Of a stretch of 64,000 nucleotides of DNA, positions 45,839-56,395 are shown piece after piece (positions within the stretch are counted from its first letter, which is position 1; each line of letters starts with the position of its first letter). Source of the stretch: Candidatus Aenigmatarchaeota archaeon (GTDB lineage Archaea > Aenigmatarchaeota > Aenigmatarchaeia > QMZP01 > QMZT01); the NCBI GenBank assembly GCA_026397315.1, contig JAPLVC010000001.1, positions 149,111 to 213,110 of the forward strand. Direction: 5' to 3'. The translations under genes were made by a program, and so were the position numbers. The notes beneath the pieces were generated by a model. It was given only the letters and a program-made list of their open reading frames with translations, ran no database searches and was not told the origin of the DNA.

Positions 45839-46966
45839 CTATTTTCTGGTTTTCTTTGCTTTCTTTTCTCCCCTGACCACGAACTTCTTGTCCAGCTCAT
45901 TCATTATCTCGACTATGCCGCCGTATTCCAGCTCGCTGTATGACAGCATCGCCGGGCCTGAGAACCCTTGCCTGCGGATTTCCAGCGCTTTCTTCGACAC
46001 GCGCTTTCTCACGAAGTCCCAGAACGGATGGTCGAACGCGTCCGCCGCCTCGGTAAGCTTGCCGTTATGGACGCAGAAAGCCGCGCAGCTCACGATGGGC
46101 GGGCCGTCGAAGAACGAGATGGGTGAATTAAGCTTGACCGGCATGAGCGGGCCCGTGTGGGAACCGCGCATGAATCCCGCTACATAATGGCCTATTGCGA
46201 ATGGCGACAGCACCTCGCCAGTCGCCGGGAAATCTTTCTGCACGCGCACCAGCATGACGGGATCGTCCTTGCCCACGTATTTTCCCGCGATGTTGTGCAG
46301 GCGCGTCGTGCTCACGGAGGCGGCCTGATCCCTCGTCGCTCTCGAATGGATTGATTCGACGACGAACCTGCCGTTGTCGCGCAGCAGGGCCGCTATCTTA
46401 TACATGTCTTCGGGCGTGTTGAGCTCGATGACGCGGTCGCCTTTCGTGTTCTCGACGTCCATTATCGTGTACTTGAATCCCTTTCCAAGGCTGCTGCTCA
46501 AAAGAAGGCCTGCGCAGTGCATGGGATCCGTGAACGCTAGGTAAAGAGGCAGGTTGTACGCGCCGGGCTCAGTCTTGTCCGCGGCGAAGAAGAGGAACGC
46601 CTCGTTCGGCCTCTCTTCAATTTCGAGCTCCGCGACAGCCGGGCCCATGCCTTTCACGTTCCCTGAAAACGAGTCTTTAAGCAAATCCTGGCCGGCGCCG
46701 TAAAGGCCCTGATCTTTCGCGGTCTGAGTTCCCGCCTTGAAAGCGTCCCAGGCCAGCTTGTGTATTTTTTCGCTCTCGCACCCCAGCGCATGGGTCATGA
46801 GAATCGCTATGTCGTCTCCTGTGTAGCTTATATAATAATCCTTGAGCAGGTCCTTGCCATACTCTGCTATGAACTCGCGCACCGTATCGAGGACCCTGGC
46901 GCTCGGTTTTATGTGGCCCCCTATGCTGCCTATGTCCGCCTTTATCACAGAAATCGTAACCTTCAT
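45839..46966 (-). CDS. fbp: fructose-1,6-bisphosphate aldolase/phosphatase (class V FBPase)
   Basis: MKVTISVIKADIGSIGGH...YTGDDIAILMTH. The start was moved to MKVTI (the ORF-track start is 32 codons upstream). Confidence 0.9.
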   Translation of the reverse strand: MKVTISVIKADIGSIGGHIKPSARVLDTVREFIAEYGKDLLKDYYISYTGDDIAILMTHALGCESEKIHKLAWDAFKAGTQTAKDQGLYGAGQDLLKDSFSGNVKGMGPAVAELEIEERPNEAFLFFAADKTEPGAYNLPLYLAFTDPMHCAGLLLSSSLGKGFKYTIMDVENTKGDRVIELNTPEDMYKIAALLRDNGRFVVESIHSRATRDQAASVSTTRLHNIAGKYVGKDDPVMLVRVQKDFPATGEVLSPFAIGHYVAGFMRGSHTGPLMPVKLNSPISFFDGPPIVSCAAFCVHNGKLTEAADAFDHPFWDFVRKRVSKKALEIRRQGFSGPAMLSYSELEYGGIVEIMNELDKKFVVRGEKKAKKTRK

Positions 46967-47058
46967 GCCAACACCTCTCTTAGATGAAACTGATACATGT
47001 AAAATACATTGATAATTTATTCTGAAAACAGAACAATAAAAAGTTTTGGATTCGCTGT

Positions 47059-47313
47059 TCACTGGGTTTTTGCTTCCTGCTTCGCTTCCATGGCCTTGGC
47101 CGAGCTTATGCTAGTGTAGCCGCACTTGCCGCAGTAAAGCCTGTTCTTGTGCTTCGAGAGAAACACGCCTCCGCCGCATCTGGGGCAGAAGTTGTTCTTG
47201 CGCGTGAACGTGTCGCCCTTGAGCTCGTATTTCTTCCAGATTTTTATCGTCTCGTGCTTGCGCCCTTTGCGCACGCGCTTGCCTTTCGTCCTTACTTTCT
47301 TTTCCTTTCCCAT
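47059..47313 (-). CDS. rps27ae: 30S ribosomal protein S27ae
   Basis: CPRCGGGVFLSKHKNRLYCGKCGYT Zn ribbon and a Lys-rich N-terminus. Confidence 0.8.
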   Translation of the reverse strand: MGKEKKVRTKGKRVRKGRKHETIKIWKKYELKGDTFTRKNNFCPRCGGGVFLSKHKNRLYCGKCGYTSISSAKAMEAKQEAKTQ

Positions 47314-47351
47314 TTATCCACCTATGAATATTATACTAATACTTTATACTG

Positions 47352-47642
47352 CTACTCGGCCGTGAGCTCGAATTTCCCGGCGCGGAATCCCTTTTTCGTG
47401 TGCATCTTGTTGCATTGCTTGCATAACAGGCGGAGATCGACTTTTTTGGTCGGTTTGCCTTCTCCGGTCGGCTTCGGTCTGGGGAAAGAGCCGTAGCCGT
47501 CCATCTTCCGCTTGAAGCGCCTCTGCGACTGCGACAGCGGGTGCGCGCTGGAGCGGCCTTTTCTCTTCGCCTGCTTTACCAGATGTTCCGTGTGCTTCTT
47601 GCACTTGGGACAATATGTATTGACAGTTTTAGGGAATTTCAT
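47352..47642 (-). CDS. rpl44e: 50S ribosomal protein L44e
   Basis: MKFPKTVNTYCPKCKKHTEH...LLCKQCNK. The start was moved to MKFP. Confidence 0.8.
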   Translation of the reverse strand: MKFPKTVNTYCPKCKKHTEHLVKQAKRKGRSSAHPLSQSQRRFKRKMDGYGSFPRPKPTGEGKPTKKVDLRLLCKQCNKMHTKKGFRAGKFELTAE

Positions 47643-47760
47643 GCTCGCACCTATATAACAACTTATAATACTCATGTCAATTTATAAACTTATTCGCTTC
47701 CAAGCCCGGCTTTTATGCGCACAGACAGGTTTTAAATTTCTTATCTTTTAACAGATAACC

Positions 47761-48192
47761 ATGCCTTCGATGCACTGGTTCAGACACTGGGACAAGATAT
47801 TCTGGCTGTTTTTCATACTCATGTGTCTCGCTATCGCTATCGGTGGCGTGACTGGGCTGGTATCCGCCGAATTTTTCGTCGTGCTGGGCATATTCATGGT
47901 TATAATGGGCGCGGGCAAGCTAGCGTCTGAAATAACGCACAGGAAGGTCATGAACTACCAGGACGACATCTACAAGAAGCTGCACCAGATGTCCCAGCAT
48001 ATCGAGAAGACATTCGAGCTGGCGAGCATGAACAAGGAGAAAACCGAGTTCCGCATAGGCAAGCTGCACCAGAGCAGAAAGGACATGGACAAGAAGATAG
48101 ACAAGAACTACCGCGACCTCGCCAGAAAAATAATCGACGTCGAAAACAAGCTCAACAAGATGAACAGAACGTTGGGCAACAAGAGATTTTGA
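47761..48192 (+). CDS. membrane protein with a C-terminal coiled coil, unknown function
   Basis: Two TM helices, then a K/E-rich helical region. Confidence 0.5.
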   Translation: MPSMHWFRHWDKIFWLFFILMCLAIAIGGVTGLVSAEFFVVLGIFMVIMGAGKLASEITHRKVMNYQDDIYKKLHQMSQHIEKTFELASMNKEKTEFRIGKLHQSRKDMDKKIDKNYRDLARKIIDVENKLNKMNRTLGNKRF

Positions 48193-48193
48193 T

Positions 48194-49141
48194 TCACTCG
48201 AATTCTATGGTTCCCGGCGGCTTGTTGGTGATATCGTATACGACGCGATTGACTTTCTTGCCTAAGACGTTCGTTATTTTGACCGAGATTTTATCAAGCA
48301 CATCATGAGGGATTTTAGAGTAGGAAGCGCTCATGCCGTCGATGCTCTCGACCGCCCGCAGGGCAATCATGTAGCCGTAGTTGCGCAGGTCGCCGTGCAC
48401 TCCGACGCTTTTCACCGGCAAGAGAGCGGCGAAATACTGCCATGGCTTCGACACTTTTTTTTCGGCGAACGCTTTTTCCATCTCCCCGTCCATTATCGCG
48501 TTCGCTTCTCTCGCGATCTCGACGTTTTCTCGAGTCAGCTCGCCTATGACGCGGACTGCGAGGCCGGGACCGGGAAACGGCTGGCGCTCATGAACCTCGA
48601 TGTTCAGGTGCTTCGCGACTTTCCTGACTTCGTCCTTGTAAAGGTCGCGCAGCGGCTCGACTATCTTAAGGCCCATCACTTCCGGGAGGCCGCCGACGTT
48701 GTGGTGCGATTTTATCTTGTCGCGCACGCCGCCGCCGGATTCTATCCAGTCCGGAGCTATCGTTCCTTGTATGAGATATTCCGCCTTCTCTTCGCTGGCG
48801 ATGCGCTCGAACACGCGGATGAATCTCTCGCCGATTATTTTTCTCTTTTGTTCCGGCTCTGTCACGCCTTTGAGCGCTGTGAAAAACTCGTCTTCCGCTT
48901 TCACGACGCGCAGGTTGAGGCCTATGCGCTCGAGCATGCATTTGACTTCGTCGGGCTCGCCCTTGCGCATGAAGCCCGTGTCGACGAAAACCGCTATCAG
49001 GTTCTTGCCTACAGCTTCCTTAGCCAGCGCGGCCGCGACCGTCGAATCGACGCCGCCGGAGCACGCGATTATGGCTTTGCCTTTTATGCGCTCTCTCAAA
49101 CGTTCGGTTTCTTCTTTGACAAATTTATCGACGTTGAACAT
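48194..49141 (-). CDS. guaAB: GMP synthase subunit B (ATP pyrophosphatase)
   Basis: P-loop SGGVDSTV and a GMP synthase C-terminal dimerisation domain. Confidence 0.9.
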   Translation of the reverse strand: MFNVDKFVKEETERLRERIKGKAIIACSGGVDSTVAAALAKEAVGKNLIAVFVDTGFMRKGEPDEVKCMLERIGLNLRVVKAEDEFFTALKGVTEPEQKRKIIGERFIRVFERIASEEKAEYLIQGTIAPDWIESGGGVRDKIKSHHNVGGLPEVMGLKIVEPLRDLYKDEVRKVAKHLNIEVHERQPFPGPGLAVRVIGELTRENVEIAREANAIMDGEMEKAFAEKKVSKPWQYFAALLPVKSVGVHGDLRNYGYMIALRAVESIDGMSASYSKIPHDVLDKISVKITNVLGKKVNRVVYDITNKPPGTIEFE

Positions 49142-49150
49142 GATATCACC

Positions 49151-49744
49151 TTATTCATGCTTATGTTTCTTCTCGCTGTGCTGCCTGCATATCTCGATGA
49201 AATTCCTGAATATGTCGTCGCCGAATTCGCAGTCCTCCACTTCAGGGTGGAACTGCAGGCCAAATAAAGGTTTGGTGCGATGGTGTATGGCCTGTATCCT
49301 GCAGTTGACTGAAGAAGCGAGAATCTCGAATTCTTTCGGCAGGTCCTTTATCTCGTCGTTGTGCGATTCCCAAGCCGTGAACTTTTGCGGCAGGTTTCTG
49401 AAGATGGGCGAGGCCTTGTGTATCTCGACTTCCATCCTGCCGAATTCCGGGATATCAGATGGCCCTGCGGAGCCGCCGTAATGCAAAGCCATGAACTGGT
49501 GGCCTACGCAGATGCCGAGTATGGGAAAATCGCCCTTGTCTATGTATTCGCCTATGTTGCCGAGCTTCGCCGATTCCCAGCCTATGCGCGCGGCGCCGCC
49601 CGAAAGAACGAGGCCGTCGACATCCTTTATTTCGTCCAGCGACGTGTCATTGACTATTATTTTTGTATCCACGCCCAAGTCGCGGAGAACGCGCCATTCC
49701 CTGTGCGTCCACTGGCTGCCGTTGTCGACGACAAATATCTTCAT
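49151..49744 (-). CDS. guaAA: GMP synthase subunit A (glutamine amidotransferase)
   Basis: Class-I GATase GICVGHQ, HPE triad. Confidence 0.9.
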   Translation of the reverse strand: MKIFVVDNGSQWTHREWRVLRDLGVDTKIIVNDTSLDEIKDVDGLVLSGGAARIGWESAKLGNIGEYIDKGDFPILGICVGHQFMALHYGGSAGPSDIPEFGRMEVEIHKASPIFRNLPQKFTAWESHNDEIKDLPKEFEILASSVNCRIQAIHHRTKPLFGLQFHPEVEDCEFGDDIFRNFIEICRQHSEKKHKHE

Positions 49745-49859
49745 GTTTCAAATACGCTTTTGGTAAATAAAGCTTTTATGCAACAGACAACATTAATGAA
49801 AACGTACCCGCAAAAACAAAAAGGTAAAGGTTTTTAAACTACGTTCTTGATAAAATATT

Positions 49860-51467
49860 ATGCAGAAGAAAACGAAGTTTATTGTCGTAACCGGAGGGGT
49901 TATTTCCGGTCTCGGCAAGGGGATATTCACTGCTTCTCTGGGAAAGCTGCTCCAGTCCAAGGGGTTCAACGTCGTGCCGATAAAGATTGACCCCTACATG
50001 AACGTCGATGCGGGAACCATGAACCCGATAGAGCATGGCGAAGTCTTCGTTCTTGATGACGGCGGCGAGGTGGACATGGACCTCGGGAATTATGAGCGCT
50101 TCCTTGACATTACTCTGCGCAGCGAGAACAACATAACCACTGGAAAAATATATCACAAGGTCATAGACAAGGAACGCGAGGGCAAATACCTCGGCAAGAC
50201 CGTGCAGATAATACCGCACATCACTGACGAGGTCCAGAGCTGGTTCAAGAAAGTCGCTGCTAGCTACGATGCGGACATCGTGCTCATAGAGATAGGCGGG
50301 ACCGTGGGCGACATAGAGAACCTCGTTTTTCTGGAGGCATGCAGGCAACTCTCGATGAAAGACGACGTGATTTTCGTGCACTGCACCCTGGTGCCCGTGA
50401 TGAACGTCGTCGGCGAGCAGAAGACGAAGCCGACGCAGCAGAGCGTGCAGAAGCTCAGGGAAATAGGCATAATGCCGGATTTCCTTTACTGCAGGTCCGC
50501 CGAGCCGCTGAAGCAGAAGATAAAGGAGAAGATATCGCTCTTCTGCGGCATACCGGAGGGGAATGTCATATCGGGCCCGGACGTTGACAACATATACAGG
50601 GTGCCGCTCCTGCTGGAGGACGAAGGCGTAACGAGAAAGGTCCTGGATAAACTCGGCCTGCAGGCCACCAAGAAGGACATGAAGGACTGGGAAGAGCTTG
50701 TACGTAACATCAGCTGTGCGAAGAGGACTGTGAACATAGCCATAACGGGCAAATACACTGAATTGCACGATTCTTATGTTTCAATAATGGAGTCGCTGAA
50801 ATCCTCATGCGGCAACGTAGGCGTGAAAATGAACGTCAGATGGATAGAGACAACCGATATAGAAAACAAAAAAGTGAGTGCTAAAGAAGCGTTAGAAGGC
50901 ATAGACGGCATCATCGTCCCTGGCGGCTTCGGCCCGCGTGGCACGGAGGGAAAGATAGAGTGCATACGCTACGCCAGGGAAAACAACATTCCCTTCCTCG
51001 GCCTTTGCTACGGCTTCCAGCTGGCGACCATTGAATTCGCCAGGAATGTGTGCGGCATGAAAGATGCGAATTCAACCGAGATAAACGAGAAGACGCAGCA
51101 TCCTGTCATAGACCTGCTACCTGAACAGAGGAAGATTTACAAGAAAGGCGGCACCATGCGTCTGGGCGGCCACGACGTCATAATCAAGAGCGGAACTAAA
51201 GCGCATAAAATCTACGGGGCGCTCAAGGTAAGGGAGCGCTTCCGCCATCGATGGGAGTTCGTTCCGAACTACAAGGAAAAGATAGAATGCAAAGGCATCG
51301 TTTTCTCCGGCCACGACTCATCCGGCGAGATAATGCAGATACTGGAACTGCCTGGCCACCGCTTCTTCATGGCTTCCCAGTTCCACCCGGAATTCACCAC
51401 GCGCGTGCTGAAGCCGAACCCGCTGTTTCTCAACTTCATAAAGGCTTCAGCGGGCAAAGAACAATGA
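49860..51467 (+). CDS. pyrG: CTP synthase
   Basis: [17 protein letters not shown]-terminus and a C-terminal GATase with GLCYGFQ. Confidence 0.95.
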   Translation: MQKKTKFIVVTGGVISGLGKGIFTASLGKLLQSKGFNVVPIKIDPYMNVDAGTMNPIEHGEVFVLDDGGEVDMDLGNYERFLDITLRSENNITTGKIYHKVIDKEREGKYLGKTVQIIPHITDEVQSWFKKVAASYDADIVLIEIGGTVGDIENLVFLEACRQLSMKDDVIFVHCTLVPVMNVVGEQKTKPTQQSVQKLREIGIMPDFLYCRSAEPLKQKIKEKISLFCGIPEGNVISGPDVDNIYRVPLLLEDEGVTRKVLDKLGLQATKKDMKDWEELVRNISCAKRTVNIAITGKYTELHDSYVSIMESLKSSCGNVGVKMNVRWIETTDIENKKVSAKEALEGIDGIIVPGGFGPRGTEGKIECIRYARENNIPFLGLCYGFQLATIEFARNVCGMKDANSTEINEKTQHPVIDLLPEQRKIYKKGGTMRLGGHDVIIKSGTKAHKIYGALKVRERFRHRWEFVPNYKEKIECKGIVFSGHDSSGEIMQILELPGHRFFMASQFHPEFTTRVLKPNPLFLNFIKASAGKEQ

Positions 51468-51515
51468 AAGTTTAAATTTACACAATCCAAAGTTCTGTAT
51501 TGTCCCGGTGGGAAT

Positions 51516-52967
51516 TTGAAATCTGACCTGACAAAAAAAGAAGCTTGCGGAGTTTTTGGCGTACGTTCCTTTGACGAACAGAATGTTTCCAGGATTATTT
51601 ACAACGGGCTCATTTCTCTCCAGCACAGAGGTCAGGAAGCATGCGGCATCGCTACTTTAAACGAAAATCAAATACATGTGCAAAAGTCGCTGGGCCTCGT
51701 ATCCACTTCATATTCGGACAGGGCTCTTTCCGAACTCGAGGGCAGAATAGGCATAGGCCACGTGCGCTATTCGACTGTAGGTACGTCGACCGTTACGGAC
51801 GCGCAGCCATTCAAGATAGGATATCCCAGGAATGGCATTGTCCTCGCTCACAACGGCAACCTTGTCAATTACGTAGAAATGAGGAACGAGTTGCTGAAGA
51901 ATGGCAGAAACCTCGAATCGACGTGCGACGCGGAGATAATCGCGCACAAGGTCGCTGACGAGCTGATAAGAACGAAGGACATCGAGAAGGCTGTTTATAA
52001 TTATATGGAAGCTGCTGAAGGCTCGTATTCGACCGGCATGTTCACAGGCGAGCGCGAGCTCATCGCCTTCCGCGACCCGAACGGCATAAGGCCGTTCAGC
52101 TTCGGCGTGAACGATAAGGCGGCGATGCTTTCTTCGGAGAGCGTTGCGATAAACGTCAACGGAATCGAGAATGTTCAGGACGTAAAGCCCGGCGAAATGA
52201 TAATTTTTCACGAAGACGGCAAGACCGAGAGAAAATGCATCATGAAGGGTGAGGGCAAACACTGCATGTTCGAATATGTTTATTTTTCCAGGCCCGACAG
52301 CACGATAGAGGGCAGGAGCGTTTACGACGTGAGGATAGAGCTGGGCAAGAACCTGGCCAAAGAGTACGCTTCAAACGCGGACATAATAGTTCCGGTTCCG
52401 GACACGTCGCGTTCTGCTGCAGAAGGGATTGCCAGGCAAACTGGCATACACGTTGCCGAGGGTCTTATGAAGAACCGCTACGTGCACCGCACTTTCATCA
52501 TGCCTGAGCAGAAGACGCGCTCGCTCATGGTGGAAATGAAACTGAACCCCATAAGGTCGATACTCAAGGACAAGCACATCATACTCGTCGACGATTCAAT
52601 CGTGCGCGGGACCACCATGGAGAAGATAGTGAGCATGGTCCGCAAGGCAGGCGCGAAGAAAATAGACCTTTTCATCACGTGCCCGCCGGTGATTTCTCCG
52701 TGTTTTTACGGTGTTGATATAGCGACGCACAATGAACTGATTGCAGCGAATCATTCGATTGCGGAAATACAGAAGAAGCTCAACGTCGACAAGCTGTGCT
52801 ACCAGAGCATGGATGGCCTCGTAAAATCGATAGGCCTTGGTAACAACATATGCAAAGCCTGCCTGACGGGCGAATACCCGACGTGCAAGGCCCAGAAAAT
52901 TGCGGACAAGATGAAGACGCAGAAGTCGCTCACACACAAGAGATACTACGAGATGGATCACTGCTAA
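51516..52967 (+). CDS. purF: amidophosphoribosyltransferase
   Basis: An Ntn Cys after a short propeptide (ACGVFGV), a PRTase motif (ILVDDSIVRGTT) and a C-terminal Fe-S Cys cluster. Confidence 0.9.
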   Translation: MKSDLTKKEACGVFGVRSFDEQNVSRIIYNGLISLQHRGQEACGIATLNENQIHVQKSLGLVSTSYSDRALSELEGRIGIGHVRYSTVGTSTVTDAQPFKIGYPRNGIVLAHNGNLVNYVEMRNELLKNGRNLESTCDAEIIAHKVADELIRTKDIEKAVYNYMEAAEGSYSTGMFTGERELIAFRDPNGIRPFSFGVNDKAAMLSSESVAINVNGIENVQDVKPGEMIIFHEDGKTERKCIMKGEGKHCMFEYVYFSRPDSTIEGRSVYDVRIELGKNLAKEYASNADIIVPVPDTSRSAAEGIARQTGIHVAEGLMKNRYVHRTFIMPEQKTRSLMVEMKLNPIRSILKDKHIILVDDSIVRGTTMEKIVSMVRKAGAKKIDLFITCPPVISPCFYGVDIATHNELIAANHSIAEIQKKLNVDKLCYQSMDGLVKSIGLGNNICKACLTGEYPTCKAQKIADKMKTQKSLTHKRYYEMDHC

Positions 52968-52973
52968 TGATGT

Positions 52974-53648
52974 TTACTCTTTCTCTTCGGCGTATTCGCT
53001 GTTGAGCAACTCCCAGATTTTGTTCGCTTTTACCTCTCCGATGCCCTCGACTTTCATGAGTTTTTTCCGGTCGGCCGAGAAAACGCGCCTGGGCGTCTTG
53101 AATTTCTTTAGCAGGTTCCTGCCCAGTTTTGTGTTTATGTCGGGCAGGCCGGCAACGAGAAATTCCTGGTGGTCGCTTGTTGTTTTTTTCTTCTCCGGGC
53201 AGCGAACCGCGACAGAACGCTTTTCGTCAGACTGCTCCCTGCGGGCTATCCAGTATATCTGCTCCGCCGTCTCTCTAGCGTCGCTGGTCCAGATTATGGG
53301 AATATGATGGTCTATCGCTATCGAAGCGAGTGCGCCTCTTATGGCGTTGGGATGGACGTCGCGGTCCGAGAACAGCCTCGAGACGTCACCCTCGACAATG
53401 AGCACGGGCTTTTCAAAACATTCTTTCATCTCCGCGACCTGCCTGAAAATCCTGCGGTCTATCATCGACTGGACGAAATCGCTCACAGTCTTCCTCTCGA
53501 CAACGACCCTGTCCGAGCAGATGAAGTCGCCCGTCTTCAGCTGTTCGCATGTGAGCTCCGCGTCGGTGTCCTTGAGATGCAAGAAAACGTGGTTCTTCGT
53601 CTCCCTGTGATCAACAAATATTTTTATTTTCGGTTGTGCCTCTGCCAT
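52974..53648 (-). CDS. XPF/Hef-type ERCC4 nuclease (short form with HhH2)
   Basis: ERKTVSDF nuclease motif and a C-terminal helix-hairpin-helix pair (LVAGLPDIN...EGIGEVKANKI). Confidence 0.75.
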   Translation of the reverse strand: MAEAQPKIKIFVDHRETKNHVFLHLKDTDAELTCEQLKTGDFICSDRVVVERKTVSDFVQSMIDRRIFRQVAEMKECFEKPVLIVEGDVSRLFSDRDVHPNAIRGALASIAIDHHIPIIWTSDARETAEQIYWIARREQSDEKRSVAVRCPEKKKTTSDHQEFLVAGLPDINTKLGRNLLKKFKTPRRVFSADRKKLMKVEGIGEVKANKIWELLNSEYAEEKE

Positions 53649-53741
53649 AAAGAATAATTGCAGTCAAATAATATATTTGACTCGCTTCCCTGCAGCAGCA
53701 TTTTGATAAGTTTTTATACGGGCGGGCCGGAATTATATAAT

Positions 53742-54335
53742 ATGAGTATCAAAAACACAATAGGCAAAAGGAAGGGAGCCATAGAGTTGAGCTTGGGGTT
53801 CATCGTGACTGTCGTCTTCGCAGTCGTTCTTCTGAGCCTTGCAATAGTATGGTTAAGAGGCATGTTCGCCAACATCGACGTCGTTGCAGTGGACTTGACG
53901 ACACAAGCACAGGAAGAAATAGGCAAGACCTTCAGTGAAACGACTTCGAATTTCGCGGTAAGGCCCGCGAGACCGGACGTCACGAGAGGGACGTCACTGA
54001 AAGTCCAGGCTGGTATCAAAAACAACGACCCGAGCGGAAAAACGCTTAGATACGTGGTAAACATAAAGGCTGGTAACACAAACACACAAGTCACCAAAGA
54101 AGAGATGACAAAGTGGATCACACAGACCACGGAAACCGCGGCTGGCCCGAATCAAATCGCTTACAGGGACGTCGTAATAACGATACCACAGAGCGCAGAA
54201 ACAGGCGCGTACATGTTCGACGTTTTCGCATGCGCTTCGGAAACATCGGGCTTGGACCCGGCAACCTGTGACACGACCAGCAACAACCTATGGGGAGTGC
54301 CTCAGACTCTCACGGTTAATGTGAAGTCCAGCTAA
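53742..54335 (+). CDS. archaeal type-IV-pilin-like protein (class III signal peptide)
   Basis: MSIKNTIGKRKG|AIELSLGFIVTVVFAVVLL is a basic pre-sequence followed by a hydrophobic segment, typical of a prepilin-peptidase site. The rest is a Thr/Ser/Asn-rich domain. Confidence 0.6.
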   Translation: MSIKNTIGKRKGAIELSLGFIVTVVFAVVLLSLAIVWLRGMFANIDVVAVDLTTQAQEEIGKTFSETTSNFAVRPARPDVTRGTSLKVQAGIKNNDPSGKTLRYVVNIKAGNTNTQVTKEEMTKWITQTTETAAGPNQIAYRDVVITIPQSAETGAYMFDVFACASETSGLDPATCDTTSNNLWGVPQTLTVNVKSS

Positions 54336-54368
54336 ACCATTTATTCTCCCCCTTTACATTATTTAATA

Positions 54369-54842
54369 ATGGACGTGTCCCTGGTTTTCGGCATAATATT
54401 CGCATCTATAGTCATGGGTCTGATTGTTTTTTTCGGCTACAACTACATAAATCAGATGATGATGCTGAGCTGCCAGTCGCAACTGGGCCAGCAGATTGAA
54501 AAGATGGATAGCACGATAAAGTCGACTCTTACGCTCTCGAAGGGCTCTGCCCAGGAATTCGACATACTGCTGCAGAGCAATTGCGTCACTAAGATATGTT
54601 TCGTGGACCCTGAGCAGGCTTCGATAGAGAACGAGGCCGGCGGCTGGATGCCCGACGAGTTCACCGCATATTTCGCCTCGCGCAACAAGTTTAACGTCAT
54701 CATATTCAAGCCGGACAATGGGATGGACGGCTATGAAATAGCTAAGCTGAAGCCCTCCGCCAACTTCTGCCTGACATCTTCGAAAAAGGTGATTTTCAGG
54801 AACACGGGCGTGCTGGTCGACGTCGGCCCGCCAAATGCTTAG
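54369..54842 (+). CDS. N-terminally anchored pilin-like or membrane protein
   Basis: A hydrophobic N-terminus and a ~130-aa extracellular domain. It lies in the pilin cluster. Confidence 0.35.
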   Translation: MDVSLVFGIIFASIVMGLIVFFGYNYINQMMMLSCQSQLGQQIEKMDSTIKSTLTLSKGSAQEFDILLQSNCVTKICFVDPEQASIENEAGGWMPDEFTAYFASRNKFNVIIFKPDNGMDGYEIAKLKPSANFCLTSSKKVIFRNTGVLVDVGPPNA

Positions 54843-54860
54843 CGGATCCGTGGTGCGCAA

Positions 54861-55916
54861 ATGTTAAGCGTCTTCGATATTTTCAAAATAATTCTCGGGA
54901 TAATAATATCGGTATTTATCATATTCGTCGTCATGAAATTCGTCGGCTCATACATGGAAATCGGCGAGTCGGGCAGACAGGTCTCTTTGATGGTCAACTT
55001 CAAGAAAACGGTCGAGAACGTCTACACCACGGGTATATCAACCGACTTCGAACTCAAGGAGAGCGAAATTCTCGATTACAGGCCGCCGTTAATCGAGACC
55101 GAGAGCACGGTCATTGACACCAGTCCCACGCCAACGTTGCTGCTGCCAGGCAAAAAGCTCTCGGTTGGTAGGGTTGATTACGAAATTGGGTGGTGGAAGT
55201 TCTATGTCATAGAGGCGCTGCCTGACACGAAAATAATATTTGTCGTTCCGGAGGCGGACGAGACGACGTGGGCCCTGGTGGGCAACATCACTAAGGCGCT
55301 TCCGTCGACTGAGAACACTGAAACCAAGGTCTGGTTCGGCGTTGGATGCACCAACAAGACTGCCCCGAATTTCGGATGGGAAGGAAAAAAATTCACGGAC
55401 AGCATTATTCCGGGCATAATATCCATCAAAAAGGAATTCGAGCTCTGCGAAAATGCGGCATACTGGAAAGAAAAAGACTATAAGCTGGTCACCATAACGC
55501 AGACGCCGGGTGAAGAAGATTTCGTTGTAAAGCCCGGCGATAACGGCATAGGCCACGTTTACATAAAGACAGACGATGGCTACAGCGATTACATTTACAG
55601 GAACAACATCGACATCGCGGCTTTGCTGCTGGGCGGGCAGATATTTTACAGGTACATGAGCGGGAAATTCCTGAGCGAGCTTGACGTCGCCGCCAGCGTC
55701 GCGCAGAAGGAGTATGGCCTTCTGATGACTAACACGGAAATAGCCAGGCGATGCAGCAAAGACGTCAGCGACTTCCTGGCGATTCTGGACGCGATAAGAG
55801 AAACGATACCTAAGGTCAAGGACGGCCAGAACGAGGAGTTAATCGCGGAATTTGCCGGGTATCTGGGGGATTCGCGGGCGAAGTTCAGGCAACTCGAGAG
55901 TGAGGGATGCGCATGA
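54861..55916 (+). CDS. N-terminally anchored pilin-like or membrane protein (large)
   Basis: A hydrophobic N-terminal helix and a 320-aa extracytoplasmic domain. It lies in the pilin cluster. Confidence 0.35.
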   Translation: MLSVFDIFKIILGIIISVFIIFVVMKFVGSYMEIGESGRQVSLMVNFKKTVENVYTTGISTDFELKESEILDYRPPLIETESTVIDTSPTPTLLLPGKKLSVGRVDYEIGWWKFYVIEALPDTKIIFVVPEADETTWALVGNITKALPSTENTETKVWFGVGCTNKTAPNFGWEGKKFTDSIIPGIISIKKEFELCENAAYWKEKDYKLVTITQTPGEEDFVVKPGDNGIGHVYIKTDDGYSDYIYRNNIDIAALLLGGQIFYRYMSGKFLSELDVAASVAQKEYGLLMTNTEIARRCSKDVSDFLAILDAIRETIPKVKDGQNEELIAEFAGYLGDSRAKFRQLESEGCA

Positions 55917-56395
55917 AAACGAAGGGACAGATGCACATGATGGAATACGTGCTGCTCAGCTTTTTCGTCCTGCTCATAATAGTCGTCGTCACTTTTTTCC
56001 TCACTGGATGGCAGATAAGCTCGACGCGCTCGGAGCGCAGGGAAGTCGAATACCAGAAAGCGGAATTCCTGCTGCGCACGATAGCCAACTCGCCGTACAT
56101 AAACAGGAATACGTACAAGGAAGGCTCGATGCTTGAGGACTCTAAGCTCACGTCGATAACGTGCGAAGAGTTCCAAACGCTTTACGGCACCGGCTGGTAT
56201 GCCGAAATCGAAATTCCCGGTTTCAACGATGCCTGCCTGCCTGACGTCTATCCGTTGTGTGGCAGCTGGAGCTACTGCAAAGACGAAAGTAAAGAAGCGA
56301 TGATATTCGACATACCAGTGAACATATACAGGAAGATGACTGGCGCAGTCGACGCAGGATTCCTGAGGGTAGGAGTGTATATAAATGCGAATTAA
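55907..56395 (+). CDS. pilin-like protein (class III signal peptide candidate)
   Basis: MRMKTKGQ|MHMMEYVLLSFFVLLIIVVVTF. Confidence 0.5.
   Translation: MRMKTKGQMHMMEYVLLSFFVLLIIVVVTFFLTGWQISSTRSERREVEYQKAEFLLRTIANSPYINRNTYKEGSMLEDSKLTSITCEEFQTLYGTGWYAEIEIPGFNDACLPDVYPLCGSWSYCKDESKEAMIFDIPVNIYRKMTGAVDAGFLRVGVYINAN

Noticed and set aside
45839-47062. ORF-track start of the fbp gene 32 codons upstream (MNSESKTFY...)
   Set aside because: The conserved class-V FBPase N-terminus begins at MKVTISVIKADIGS, and the extension would overlap rps27ae. The start was moved to 46966.
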